A DNA stretch of 64,000 nt from Sandaracinaceae bacterium (GTDB taxonomy: Bacteria > Myxococcota_A > Polyangia > Polyangiales > Sandaracinaceae): positions 42,542-106,541 of the forward strand of contig JBGAQA010000014.1 in NCBI GenBank assembly GCA_044220955.1. Reading direction: 5' to 3'. The translations under genes were made by a program, and so were the position numbers. Shown piece after piece: positions 23,001-31,928 of the stretch (the stretch's first letter is position 1; the number at the start of each line of letters is the position of its first letter). The notes beneath the pieces are model-generated. The model saw nothing but the letters and a program-made list of their open reading frames with translations, did not search any database and was not told where the DNA came from.

Positions 23001-25289
23001 CTCGAGCGCGAGCCCGACGAGCCGCGCGCCCTCGGTGCCGTCGAGGGCCTGCTCGCCGACGAGTCGATGGCGTCCGAGGTCGTCGAGACCCTGGATCAGG
23101 CCTACCGCGCGACCGGCGCGACCGCGAAGGTCGCGGCGCTCTACGACGTGCGGGTGCGCATCGCCGACTCGGACGGCGAGCGCGTCCGCCTCCTCACCGA
23201 GCTCGCGCAGCTGCAGGAGAACGACCTGCACGACCACGCGGCGGCGCTCGCCGCGGCGATGCGGGCCTACGAGCTCGATCCGCGGGACGAGGCGCTGCTC
23301 GCAGAGGTCGAGCGGCTCGCCGGCGCGTCGGGCTCTTTCCAGCCGCTCGCAGGGCTCGCCGAGCGCATCGGCGACAAGGACGTGCTCGACCGCAGCATGA
23401 AGCGCGACCTCGCGCTCCGCGCGGCGAGCTGGTACCGCGACCGGATCGGCGACGTCGCCGCCGCCGAGGGGCGTCTCCGCGCCGCGCTCGACGCCGATCG
23501 GGAGTCGGGGGAGGCGCACGCGCAGCTCGTGGATCTGCTCCGCGCGTCCGGCCGACAGGCGACGCTCGTCGCCGCGCTCCGCGCCTGGGCCGAGGTGGAG
23601 TTCGACGAGGACGCTCGCAAGGAGCGGCTGCGCGAGGCGGCCCGCCTGGCGGAGTCCCTGCTCGGCGACATCACGCTGGCGGCCGACAGCCTCGAGCGCA
23701 TCCTGCAGACGGACGGCGCCGACACGCACGCGCTGGACGAGCTCGTGCGCATTCGAACGGCCGAGGGCAAGTGGGCGGCCGTCGCGTCGCTCCTCGAAAA
23801 GCGCGTCGACGCGGAGAGCGACCCCGCCATGCGCGTGAAGCTGCGGCGGCAGCTCGCGACCACCTACCAGGGCCCGCTCGCGGACGATACGCGGGCCGTC
23901 GAGGCCTGGCAGGCCGTCGTGGACGAGGCACCGACCGACCTCGGGGCGATCGGCGCGCTCGAGACGCTCTTCGAGAAGGCGCAGAAGTGGCGCGACCTCG
24001 AGGAGCTGGTTCAGCGCCGGCTCGACATCGCCGAGACGCAGGCCGACAGGATCGCGGCGCGCGTGCGCCTCGCGCGCCTGGTCGAGCGGCTCGGCCGTCG
24101 ATCGGAGGCGGCCGATCAGCTGCACGAGATCCTGGGCGAGGATCCGAACAACGCGGAGGCGCTCGACGAGCTCGAGAGGCTCTACGCGGCCGACAAGAAG
24201 TGGGACGACCTCTCCGAGCTCGTCCGGCGCCGCATCGACGACGCAACCTCGCGCGGCGACGCGGGGGCCGAGGTCGCCGGCCTCACCCGGCTGGCCGATG
24301 TCGAGGAGAAGCAGCTGAAGCAGCCCGAGGCCGCCACGGCGACCTGGGAGCGTGTCGCGGCGCGTGATCCTCGGAACGCGTCCGCGCTCGCGTCCCTGGC
24401 ACGCCTCTACGCGGCGGGTGGCCGTCACGCGGACGCGGCCGACACCATCGCGCGACGCATCGGGCTGCTCCCGGCATCCGAGGCGATCGCGGAGTCCTAC
24501 GGCCTCGCCGAGCTCGCCGAGACGAAGCTCTCGGATCCGGCGCGCACCGAGCAGGCGCTCCGCACGGCCTTCGAGCTCGATCGCGCCAACGCCGAGACGC
24601 GCAGGCGGCTCAAGGCGTTCTACGAGAAGGCATCCCGGCACCAGGAGCTGGCCGACATGCTCGCGCTCGACCTCGACGGGACCACCGAGAAGAGCGCGAA
24701 GATCGCCCTGCTCAAGCGGATCGCCGATCTGTACTCGCAGAAGCTCAAGGATCCGGCCTCGGCGGCGCGCTACTTCGAGCAGGCGGCGGCGCTCGACCCC
24801 GAGAACCGGGAAGTGCTCCTCCCGCTCTGCGATCTCTACATCGCCGCGGGACGCAGCTCGGACGCCGTGCCCGTCCTGGAGAAGATCATCGCCTCGTACG
24901 GCACGAAGCGGAGCAAGGAGGTCGCGGTGTACCAGCACCGCATGGGTCAGGCGCTCGAGGGCCTCGGTCAGACGGCTCAAGCGCTGGCCGCCTACGACGC
25001 AGCGTTCAAGATCGATCTCACGAGCGTGCCGATCCTCAGGGACCTCGGGCGGCTCTGCTACACGGCGAACGACTTCGATCGTGCCCAGAAGACGTTCCGC
25101 GCGCTCCTTCTCCAGAAGCTGGATGGCAGCAGCGGCATCACGAAGGGCGACGTCTATTTCTACCTGGGCGACATCTCGGCCAAGCAGGGGGACCCGAAGA
25201 AGGGGATCCAGATGCTCGAGCGCGCCGTGCAGGAAGAGGCCGGTCACCCGCGGGCGACCGCGCTGCTGGCGCAGCTCAAGGGCGCATGA
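14046..25289 (+). CDS. Giant TPR-repeat protein, AgmK/GltI-like (about 3,750 aa; start could also be 13956 or 13968)
   Basis: Dozens of TPR-like units (AxxAYxxxLxxDPxDxxALxALxxLY..W.DL); strong GC3 bias; size comparable to myxobacterial AgmK. Confidence 0.85.
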   Translation: MLTVSNLLGALQEDPDQEQTIVDLRDALASGDRARTGEAPLRLIALAREQHEARHEWTAAAGLLSIEIDLTKDDVDRRAALLVRLGRIHREELLDDEAAKVAYQAAKELRPGDGDIEEALEGLVAAEENWKDFAKRFVTEAETTSEPSLKTSLLVSAAMLVWKYKKKGRDKDVDRLFKQALEADPGDARAARLQAHTLRKREKFDELAAALLEAGERTKTREDRLFFYRQAGRTCARVLKQKDRAAACFERVLDFAPGDEEAMGFLVEHFTDKEAWDHLVALYDDALRSRHKLDNELGIVLQIAMVHWRFRQAPADAEPYFARLRKVDPAHPGMIAFYRDYLRAIGDHAKLVTVLTDAQRVASDPKQKLDLAVELAKAAASSGATDRAIDAWKAVQRIDPHHAEALPALRSLYRAGGKWNALVEILKNEIEALPEGADDRKVALLRETIPIYQNELKLDVMVINTWNAILAIRPQDHDALDALASTYEQMGRWNDLIQVLGKKADAGTDPKQQAALYMRVAKLWIDRFANYNQATRPLEQVVEKDPTHREALMLLKDIYTKKRSWKQLYDVLRAESELASDPDVRQAHRIELARIAGERLHRASDAIAMWKEVLAHAGSAGGTSVDEALDSLEKLADREKDWATVAEVLERRVADPKTDEKETIKLLTKLGTLYGEQMNDGAKAAGAWKRVLAIEPKNGRALRTLRESYVSAGDWPSLEQLYGEANDWDGLAEVFGNAAEKAEDPAARVDLSFRAAAVYETRLNQPHRAFRSYERALATDPRNDRAARALLPIYEKEEKWGRVPALSEVILANLAVGGEATRSERLSILERLRKLASDRLNDPQAAVRWAVQAFEIDPTGAGTRETLFATAEKASTPAAWSDVERALSARLGSASGDESRWLRAQIAAIAGDRLGQTDRAVEQLRAMLAADPKDADAASSLDRVLRGAGRHEELRALYAHRIEHAADDAERWLLVSEQARLEEVELGDKSAAAALYRRALELDASDREALAALDRLATEGRRYDELAGILDKRRDLASSDAERVDLTLRLGETLAGPLGKPGPAKEELAKVLAARPTDARAIGLLEEIAASQPTLGDAIGRVLEPAYEATGSWEKLRGVLSARMATSQDGEERRALRLRFADLSTERANDPNSAYTVLEGAFLDDPKDTTLWDRLQQAAERAGKQAEAAAAMATAIDAGDLPQGDQAALSKRVAAIHAEVLGRAEDAEPFHKRVLAFDPSDEDSFNALKELYTEKERWNDLQTLYRTRIAQTVDAEAKLDLLLQLCFLFEELIDDPSAAISVYRDVLEIDPRHVAGRRALDRLYVRTERWADLAELLRGDLDQQDGDEATATMVRLGEVLETKLAQPKEAVDQYEAAINKSPDHDGARAALERLLASPSQRQRVAAILEPVHEMRESHADLARVLEVQLEAQDDKGARVALLTRIGQIHQGKLGDAEATFRAYARAVELDPSDAGLRAELASAAAQRGAHADRAEVLEKALAGAGDDMALKRDLGREIALIWDDMLGDAARAENAYSRLIQDAEGDAETILEASRALERIHVASGDHAKLAVDLRRQADLESDPERKRQLLVRLGDLVEEHLGDRAQAIAIQEERLVNDPSDADALRALERLYEAAQSWSPLAGVLEKLDAFAASDDERKQLARRIGAIRETKLGDRDGAIAAYNEVVQRFGTDRESLTALIRLYEAAERWTDLLEVVLMVRDLMGVGAPRTGLTFHAAELMRTQTNEIERAIEAYQEVLEADPHHEGALGALHDIALDPEASERFAAARALRPRYESGANYPALIEILQVLASGDDPSERLSALRRAAEIAEGPLAEPGKAFDLAMRAARLATTEPEIGPLLADGERLAAASDRWTDFATNLMEVAPEIADADLQVDAYRKIATIAENRLADTDTARQYYEKVLTERGDDRAAFDALERIATAGERWPALHELLVRKTDTVTSPEERVQLLLRRAELSETKLGDVPGAIDTYDSVLAESESVAAYQGLERLYQTAERWPDLAALYERMLERNVGFPVDVRFKLGRLYREKLNDPFMALEQFREALSGGAPHEPTIEQLEQLMASSEQRAAAAAVLEPIYQQRLQWSKVEGALEARLSGEGDVEVRKGLLERLGRLREEYLEDLDGALGIYARLFREDPRDESTWDTLARLAKAIDAWPRVAEIYKTTLDEIGVDDPETAKLATLAAQMFEQRPGFSGQGDLDKAAGLYAKALAFSPTDRGVFLALEALHQRQKSWDALLALYRAQIDVAETDAERVSLLEKRAAVLRDQKADADAAIDAFREILDVDPQHTAANDALDALLTLRERWSDLAEHLRNRIQYANGAQEVALRQRLGVLLAEKLDDRVMAIDTFEEIARQNPEHGESVAALEKLVTDPAHQARIIEILEPIYQATDQWRKRIAIQEAKAALTEEPSEKAAILSDVGHLHEDRGRDLAMAFDAQSRAMALEPGNEQHRAEVDRLAALLGAYDPLVAAYEAAIKASTDPVVTTSLLNTIARVHDEKRGDPRAAIETYERLLAHDSEDASPLDALEALHTMVGDWRGMVSVLERKVERAYDPAERGELLRRAGSVAEDLLGDRGQAIALYRKASEEDSADPVSLESLDRLYSEAADHEHLGEVLKRRLEIEQDEDARVDAGLRLGALCRDALRDPEGAIEAFTRVLADREGEETAVASLTELYERQARWPDLLENLRLRAGLAGDPVQRVAFLHRSAEILERELDDVTEALVVHEQVLTIDPRHEPGIQALVRIAKLDEHRAAAAAIVLPILEREGRYAELAQLLGLVAEASRDPVERKETLRRLARVREQGLRDLAGAFEAENRALAEDPGDDEIAASMEALAGRLGAYDKLADALAARASSASDPDAARRLYARLARVAEGNLADDARAIEAHKRALQNASDDADALAALDRLYTKQSDWTALADILDRRIQLADDPTERRDMLVRLGSLRWEQFEDVRGAFAAFSEVLEREPDEPRALGAVEGLLADESMASEVVETLDQAYRATGATAKVAALYDVRVRIADSDGERVRLLTELAQLQENDLHDHAAALAAAMRAYELDPRDEALLAEVERLAGASGSFQPLAGLAERIGDKDVLDRSMKRDLALRAASWYRDRIGDVAAAEGRLRAALDADRESGEAHAQLVDLLRASGRQATLVAALRAWAEVEFDEDARKERLREAARLAESLLGDITLAADSLERILQTDGADTHALDELVRIRTAEGKWAAVASLLEKRVDAESDPAMRVKLRRQLATTYQGPLADDTRAVEAWQAVVDEAPTDLGAIGALETLFEKAQKWRDLEELVQRRLDIAETQADRIAARVRLARLVERLGRRSEAADQLHEILGEDPNNAEALDELERLYAADKKWDDLSELVRRRIDDATSRGDAGAEVAGLTRLADVEEKQLKQPEAATATWERVAARDPRNASALASLARLYAAGGRHADAADTIARRIGLLPASEAIAESYGLAELAETKLSDPARTEQALRTAFELDRANAETRRRLKAFYEKASRHQELADMLALDLDGTTEKSAKIALLKRIADLYSQKLKDPASAARYFEQAAALDPENREVLLPLCDLYIAAGRSSDAVPVLEKIIASYGTKRSKEVAVYQHRMGQALEGLGQTAQALAAYDAAFKIDLTSVPILRDLGRLCYTANDFDRAQKTFRALLLQKLDGSSGITKGDVYFYLGDISAKQGDPKKGIQMLERAVQEEAGHPRATALLAQLKGA

Positions 25290-25311
25290 TCGGAATGACC
25301 ACGGTCGGACG

Positions 25312-26190
25312 ATGACCACGCTCGCGCTGATCGACGGCTCGCTCCGCACCGAGGAGCGGGCGTCGGTCTCCGTCTTCGACCGGGGCTTCCTGTTCGGAGA
25401 CTCGGTGTTCGAGGTGCTGCGCACGTACGGCGGACGGCCCTACGAGCTCGGCGCGCACCTCGAGCGTCTCGGGCGCTCCGCGCGGGGGATGGGCATCGAG
25501 CTGCCGATCGACGCCCGACGCCTCGCGCGCGAGGTCGAGAGGGGCCTGGCCAAGGCGCAGAACGAGGAGAGCTACGTCCGGATCGTGGTCACTCGCGGCA
25601 AGGGGCCCCTCCACATCGATCCGCGCACCGCGATGCAGCCCTCGCGGGTGATCATCGTCTCGCCGCTCCTGGCGCTGCCGGACGACCTCTATGCGCATGG
25701 CGTGGAGCTGACGAGCGTGCGCTTCGGGCGATCGACCGATCACTCACGCGCGGCGGGCTCGAAGGTGTCGGCGTACGTGTCCAACATGCTCGCCTTCTGG
25801 CAGGCGCGCGAGCAGGGCGGCTACGAGGCGCTGATGGTCGCCGACGACGGCCACGTCAGCGAGGGAAACTCGAGCAACGTGTTCGTGGTGACGGCCGGCG
25901 AGATCCTGACGCCGCCGCTCTCCCTCGGGATCCTGCCCGGGATCACGCGCGGCCTGGTGCGGCGGCTCGCGGCCGACCTCGAGATCCCGTTCCGCGAGGC
26001 GATGCTCTTCGCGCACGACTTCGAGCGCGCCGGCGAGGCGTTCCTCACGTCCAGCCTGCGGGAGGTCGTGCCCATCGTGCGGATCGACGGCCGGAGGATC
26101 GGTGACGGCATGCCAGGGCCCGTCACCCTGCGGCTGCTCGAGGCGTACCGGGCCCGGACGCGCGAGCTCACGACGTTCGACGGCGTTTGA
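25312..26190 (+). CDS. PLP class IV aminotransferase (IlvE/Dat/PabC family)
   Basis: SVFDRGFLFGDSVFEVLRTYGG, HLERL, EGNSSNVF, ILPGITR, EAFLTSS, IGDGMPGPVT. Confidence 0.92.
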   Translation: MTTLALIDGSLRTEERASVSVFDRGFLFGDSVFEVLRTYGGRPYELGAHLERLGRSARGMGIELPIDARRLAREVERGLAKAQNEESYVRIVVTRGKGPLHIDPRTAMQPSRVIIVSPLLALPDDLYAHGVELTSVRFGRSTDHSRAAGSKVSAYVSNMLAFWQAREQGGYEALMVADDGHVSEGNSSNVFVVTAGEILTPPLSLGILPGITRGLVRRLAADLEIPFREAMLFAHDFERAGEAFLTSSLREVVPIVRIDGRRIGDGMPGPVTLRLLEAYRARTRELTTFDGV

Positions 26191-26215
26191 CGCGCGGGGC
26201 TCGGCCTCGTACACC
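26187..26215 (+). promoter_or_regulatory. Sigma70-like promoter TTGACG-N17-TACACC
   Basis: 17-bp spacing; upstream of the AGGAG RBS (26227-26231) of the small ORF. Confidence 0.5.
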
Positions 26216-26241
26216 CGCGTCCTTCCAGGAGATCAGCCCCC

Positions 26242-26388
26242 ATGGTTTCGTCCACGAAGCAGACCGAGCGTCGTCGCCGCATGAAGGCCGCCACGGGCGG
26301 TCGCGGCAAGAAGTCCGAGCGCGCCAAGGCGGGGACGCCGAAGTTCCCGATTCACCCCGAGGCCGCCGCGCCAGCCGCCAAGAAGTGA
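26242..26388 (+). CDS. Small basic protein, 48 aa (not in the ORF track)
   Basis: MVSSTKQTERRRRMKAATGGRGKKSERAKAGTPKFPIHPEAAAPAAKK; AGGAG RBS, candidate promoter, G/C-ending codons. Confidence 0.7.
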   Translation: MVSSTKQTERRRRMKAATGGRGKKSERAKAGTPKFPIHPEAAAPAAKK

Positions 26389-26479
26389 AGATCCGCCTCG
26401 CGCAGCGATGCGCGGGGGAGTCTCCCTCGGGGCTCACTCCCGATGGCGGGACGTCCGCGGCCGGGACGCCTCCGGTGGA

Positions 26480-27148
26480 TCAGCGTGGGGCGCGGCCTTC
26501 GGGGCGTGCCCAGGACGCCGCCAGGATCTCCGTGCGCTCGATCGCGTCGTAGCGATAGACGTGGCGCGCGTGCATGCTGGTGAAGCGGTCGAAGCGCATC
26601 CGCATCCGCAGCAGAGCGTCCGCGACCGCCGCCTGCGAGCCCGCGGTGGGGGGAGCGCCTTTCGCGCGGAGCTCGAGGACGATCGCGTCGATCGCGTCGT
26701 GGGCCTCCGCGGGGTGGAAGAGCGCGCCCGGCATCAGCTCGAAGGCCTCGTCGGTGGCGACGAGGCGCCCGTCGACGCGCTCGCCGCCCAGCAAGCGCGC
26801 GGCGACGCCGGTTGCGGGGATCCGGTAGCGGGCGCCGAAGAGCGACTCGCACACGAGCCCCGAGTCCGTGCGCTCGACGCGGAAGAGGCTGCGCTCCGCG
26901 CGCGTGACCGCCACCGCCAGCGCGCGCTCGCCGTCCGCGACGTCGCCCCGGGTCGCGAAGGCCCGCGCGAGCGCGCCGCCCTCGAAGCTCGCGAGCGCGA
27001 AGTCGAAGAAGGCGCCGATCCGCTCCTCGTACCAGGCGTCTCCGGAGGCGAATGGGCCCGTGGCGGCCTCGAACGCGACGCGCGCCCGCGCGACCGCCGA
27101 GGGGTTCGCCTCTCGCGCCATGCGCTCCACGACGTCGGCCAGGCCCAC
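26480..27148 (-). CDS. Hypothetical protein (start uncertain)
   Basis: Protein-like composition from VGLADVVERMAR to LLRMRMRFDRFTSMHARHVYRY; fills the gap between neighbours. Confidence 0.65.
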   Translation of the reverse strand: MGLADVVERMAREANPSAVARARVAFEAATGPFASGDAWYEERIGAFFDFALASFEGGALARAFATRGDVADGERALAVAVTRAERSLFRVERTDSGLVCESLFGARYRIPATGVAARLLGGERVDGRLVATDEAFELMPGALFHPAEAHDAIDAIVLELRAKGAPPTAGSQAAVADALLRMRMRFDRFTSMHARHVYRYDAIERTEILAASWARPEGRAPR

Positions 27149-27236
27149 GGGTCCCGTGTGCCCGGCGCTCGGGGCGGCGTCAAGCGTGCTTGACAGTGCG
27201 CAGCCGCTCGGGCTCGATCGCGCGCGAGGAGAGCAC

Positions 27237-27680
27237 ATGAGCGACGACACGCGACGCGCGGTGGAGATGGTCGAGGCGACGATTCGTGCGCTCGGCGTCG
27301 ATCCCGCGGCTGCGAAGATCCCGGGCGACGACAAGACCTTCGCGTACGCCCTGCGGCGCGGGAGCGCGCGCGTCGTCGTCGCGGTGACGCACGGCGAGGG
27401 TGGGGGGCAGCTGCGCGTGCTCGCGCCGGTCGTCCACGCGCCGGACGCCTCCAAGGAGGCGGCCGTCTACAAGCGCCTGCTGGAGCTCAACGCGCGCGAG
27501 ATCTCCGGGGCTGCGTTCGGGCTCTTCGGCAACGAGATCGTCGCCGTCGTGGAGCGGTCCACCAAGGATCTCGATCCGAGCGAGGTCGAGGCGAACGTGA
27601 AGAACGTGGGCCGCGTGGCGGACCGCTGGGACGATGCGCTCGCGAAAGAGTTCGGGCTGAAGCGCTCCACCGACGCGTGA
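27237..27680 (+). CDS. YbjN/CesT-like chaperone-fold protein
   Basis: RBS AGGAG; RRGSARVVV, LRVLAPVV, YKRLLELN, AAFGL, ADRWDDALAKEFG. Confidence 0.75.
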   Translation: MSDDTRRAVEMVEATIRALGVDPAAAKIPGDDKTFAYALRRGSARVVVAVTHGEGGGQLRVLAPVVHAPDASKEAAVYKRLLELNAREISGAAFGLFGNEIVAVVERSTKDLDPSEVEANVKNVGRVADRWDDALAKEFGLKRSTDA

Positions 27681-27681
27681 G

Positions 27682-29103
27682 ATGACGCCTCCGGTCGCGC
27701 GTCGAGCCGCGGCGGTCGTCCTCGCCGTGCTCCTCTCGACGCGCGCCGACGCACGCGCGCTGGACGTGGAGCTCGACGCGAGCACGTCGTTCGCGGCGTA
27801 CGAGGTGCGCGCGCCGGGGGCGGGTGCGTTCCTCGCGCGGCGCCGCCTCGTCGCGAACCTCGGTCTGAGGCTCGTGCAAGCGCTCACGGACCCCGACCCG
27901 AGCGGGCGCGTGGTCCGCGTCATGCTCGCCGGGCGCCTGCGTCTCGATCAGAGCTTCGGCGACGACTGCCTCGCGACGAGCGGGCTGTGCATCCAGGCGA
28001 CCGAGCGCAGCGATCTCTCGGCCTACCAGCCGCTCGCGGCCGACACGCGGCTCGACGTGCCGATGCTCTACGCCTCCGTCGATGGCTTGCCCTACGGCAT
28101 CGGTGCCCGCGTCGGCCGCCAGACGATCGCCGACGCGATCGGCCTCGCTCGCTTCGATGGCGCTCAGATCTCGGTCGCGCCGGCCGCGTGGGTCTCTCTC
28201 GACGCCGAGATCGGCACGCTCGTGCGGCGCACGACCCTCGCCGGCTCGGCGGCGTTCGAGCCGCAAGGGACGATGGTGCTCGACCTCGGCGGCATCGATC
28301 CGCGACGCGTCCCCTGGGCGGATCCGAGTCGAACGACCTGGCTGGTCGGCGCCTCGCTGCGGGGAGGGCCGGGCTCGTACCTGACGGCGGGTGCGTCGTT
28401 CCGGCAGCTCTGGGACGACGACGGCTCGATCGTCGCGCGCCGCCTCGGGCTCACGATCACCTCCGACATCGACACGATCGTGCGCCTCGAGGGCGTGGGC
28501 GTGCTCGATCTGCTCGACGCCACGGTCATCACCGGTCTGGCCGCGGCCGAGGTCCACGACGAGACGTACTCCGTCCGCCTCTCGTACGACCACCAGGTCC
28601 CACGCTTCGATCCGGGCTCGATCTGGGCCTGGTTCTACGTGGCGCCGATCGATCAGGCGCGGCTCTCGGGCAGCTACCGCTTCACGCCCGATCTCGAGCT
28701 GGGCGCCGCGCTGCGAGGCCGGCGGGCGCAGCTCGGCGCGCAGCTCCAGGACGACCTCGACGCCGGCGTCGAGGGCTGGATGCGCACGCGGATCGAGCGG
28801 CTCGCCGTGAGCGCGTCGGGCTTCGGCTGGAGCGGCTCGCTGGGGCCGGTCGCGGGTGTGTCGCTCGATCTCAGCCGGCCGATCATCCCGGAGCTGGCGC
28901 TCGAGGCGCACGTGTCGCTCTGGCACTTCGACGACGCGAATCGCGAGGACGGCTACGGCGCCGTCGTGAGCGAGTCGCTCGTGGGCGTGGCGACCCTCAC
29001 CTCGCAGGCGCGCGTGCTCCTCGAGCTGAGCCATGCTCACAACCGCGTCGTCGGTGACCGGTTTCGCGGCATCGTCACCCTGCTGGTGGAGACCTGGCGA
29101 TGA
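27682..29103 (+). CDS. Putative outer-membrane beta-barrel protein
   Basis: Signal peptide (ARA); many alternating-hydrophobic beta-strands; ARVGRQ..D.IGLARFDGA motif; coupled to the cytochrome gene. Confidence 0.65.
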   Translation: MTPPVARRAAAVVLAVLLSTRADARALDVELDASTSFAAYEVRAPGAGAFLARRRLVANLGLRLVQALTDPDPSGRVVRVMLAGRLRLDQSFGDDCLATSGLCIQATERSDLSAYQPLAADTRLDVPMLYASVDGLPYGIGARVGRQTIADAIGLARFDGAQISVAPAAWVSLDAEIGTLVRRTTLAGSAAFEPQGTMVLDLGGIDPRRVPWADPSRTTWLVGASLRGGPGSYLTAGASFRQLWDDDGSIVARRLGLTITSDIDTIVRLEGVGVLDLLDATVITGLAAAEVHDETYSVRLSYDHQVPRFDPGSIWAWFYVAPIDQARLSGSYRFTPDLELGAALRGRRAQLGAQLQDDLDAGVEGWMRTRIERLAVSASGFGWSGSLGPVAGVSLDLSRPIIPELALEAHVSLWHFDDANREDGYGAVVSESLVGVATLTSQARVLLELSHAHNRVVGDRFRGIVTLLVETWR

Positions 29104-30350
29104 CGCGCGGGGCGAGCATCCTTCTCGCGTGCGGGCTCTGCGCGTCGGCTCTGCTCGGCGCCTGGTCCGGTGCGCGCGGACAGCGCCGCGACGATCCGCC
29201 GCTGCACGATCGCAGCGGTGGCCGCTCGGTGGTGGTCTACCCGATGCAGCGAGTCGCGATCCGCATGGATCACTCGCTCCCAGAGCACCGCGCGCTCGCC
29301 TGCGAGGGCTGTCACGCGGCCGCGCCCACGAGCGCGCTCGCTTCCGACTCCCTGGTTCCGACGGAGGCGAGCTGCGGGCCTTGCCACGACGATGAGCGCG
29401 ACCGCGCGCATCCGACGACCGAGCGCTGCGGGACGTGCCACCTCGGGTACGAGGCGGAGATGCCGGTCGACGGGGGGCCGCCGCTCCCCGCCGCGATCGT
29501 GCCGAGCTCGACGATGCCGGCGCCGCACCTGCGCTTCTCGCATGCGGCGCACGTCTCCCGCGGACAGACCTGCGAGAGCTGCCACGCGGGCATCGGCACC
29601 GCCCGGCAGGGCACCCGCCTGAACCTGCCGACGATGCGCGACTGCTTCCGGTGCCACGCGCCGAGCGGGCTGGCGGTGCCGGGCTTCGAGTCGCCGGTCG
29701 CGCCGTTCACCTGCGCAGGCTGTCACCTCACGGAGCCCTCGGGGCTGCTCCGCACGCACTTCGAGGAGGGCGACCTCTCCCCACCACGCTGGCTCGCGGG
29801 CATGGCCCACGATCACGAGTGGCTGGTGCGCCACCGCTGGGTCGCCGCCGACGAGGGGCCGCTCTGCGCCCAGTGTCACCGCGAGAGCGAGTGCGTCGCG
29901 TGCCACGACGGCCGCGTCCGGACGCTGCGCGTGCACCCTGGCGACTTCCTCACCACGCACCCGGTGATGGCGCGGCGTGACGAGACGCGCTGCACCAGCT
30001 GCCACACGATCACCCAGTTCTGCGCGGAGTGTCACGCCCGGCTCGGCATCGCGCCGCTGGCCGCGCCGGAGGCCCGCGCGGCGATCCGCTACCACCCGCC
30101 GGCCGCGGTCTGGAGCCGCGGCGCGAACATGCACGCGGTCGAGGCGCGGCGCTCGATGCAGTCGTGCGTGAGCTGCCACGCCGAACAGGACTGCGTCGTC
30201 TGTCACGGATCGACCACCATCGGCGGCGGCGGCGCGAGCCCGCACCCCCCCGGCTTCGCGGGGCAGTGCGGCTCGGCGCTCGAGACGAACGCGCACGCCT
30301 GCATCACGTGTCACGGCGACCTCGACGCCCTGCGCGCACGCTGCCGCTGA
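29100..30350 (+). CDS. Multiheme c-type cytochrome (13 CXXCH)
   Basis: Signal peptide; CEGCH, CGPCH, CGTCH, CESCH, CFRCH, CAGCH, CAQCH, CVACH, CTSCH, CAECH, CVSCH, CVVCH, CITCH; FSHAAH c3-type motif. Confidence 0.93.
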   Translation: MTRGASILLACGLCASALLGAWSGARGQRRDDPPLHDRSGGRSVVVYPMQRVAIRMDHSLPEHRALACEGCHAAAPTSALASDSLVPTEASCGPCHDDERDRAHPTTERCGTCHLGYEAEMPVDGGPPLPAAIVPSSTMPAPHLRFSHAAHVSRGQTCESCHAGIGTARQGTRLNLPTMRDCFRCHAPSGLAVPGFESPVAPFTCAGCHLTEPSGLLRTHFEEGDLSPPRWLAGMAHDHEWLVRHRWVAADEGPLCAQCHRESECVACHDGRVRTLRVHPGDFLTTHPVMARRDETRCTSCHTITQFCAECHARLGIAPLAAPEARAAIRYHPPAAVWSRGANMHAVEARRSMQSCVSCHAEQDCVVCHGSTTIGGGGASPHPPGFAGQCGSALETNAHACITCHGDLDALRARCR

Positions 30351-30376
30351 CTCGGGCGCGCTCGAGCGCGCCCGAG
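30351..30376. repeat. Perfect 26-bp palindrome between convergent genes (possible terminator)
   Basis: CTCGGGCGCGCTC|GAGCGCGCCCGAG starting right after the cytochrome stop codon. Confidence 0.6.
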
Positions 30377-30393
30377 CGCGGGTTGCCGGGGGC

Positions 30394-31905
<1,512 letters not shown>

Positions 31906-31928
31906 GCCGGGATGATACGAAATTCCCC

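Noticed and set aside
13950..25424. 3,824-aa minus-strand ORF
   Set aside because: Antisense shadow of the TPR gene; high-GC codon bias removes stops, and it has no recognisable motifs
27237..27680. Type III secretion system
   Set aside because: Only a CesT/YbjN-fold gene; no injectisome genes in the window
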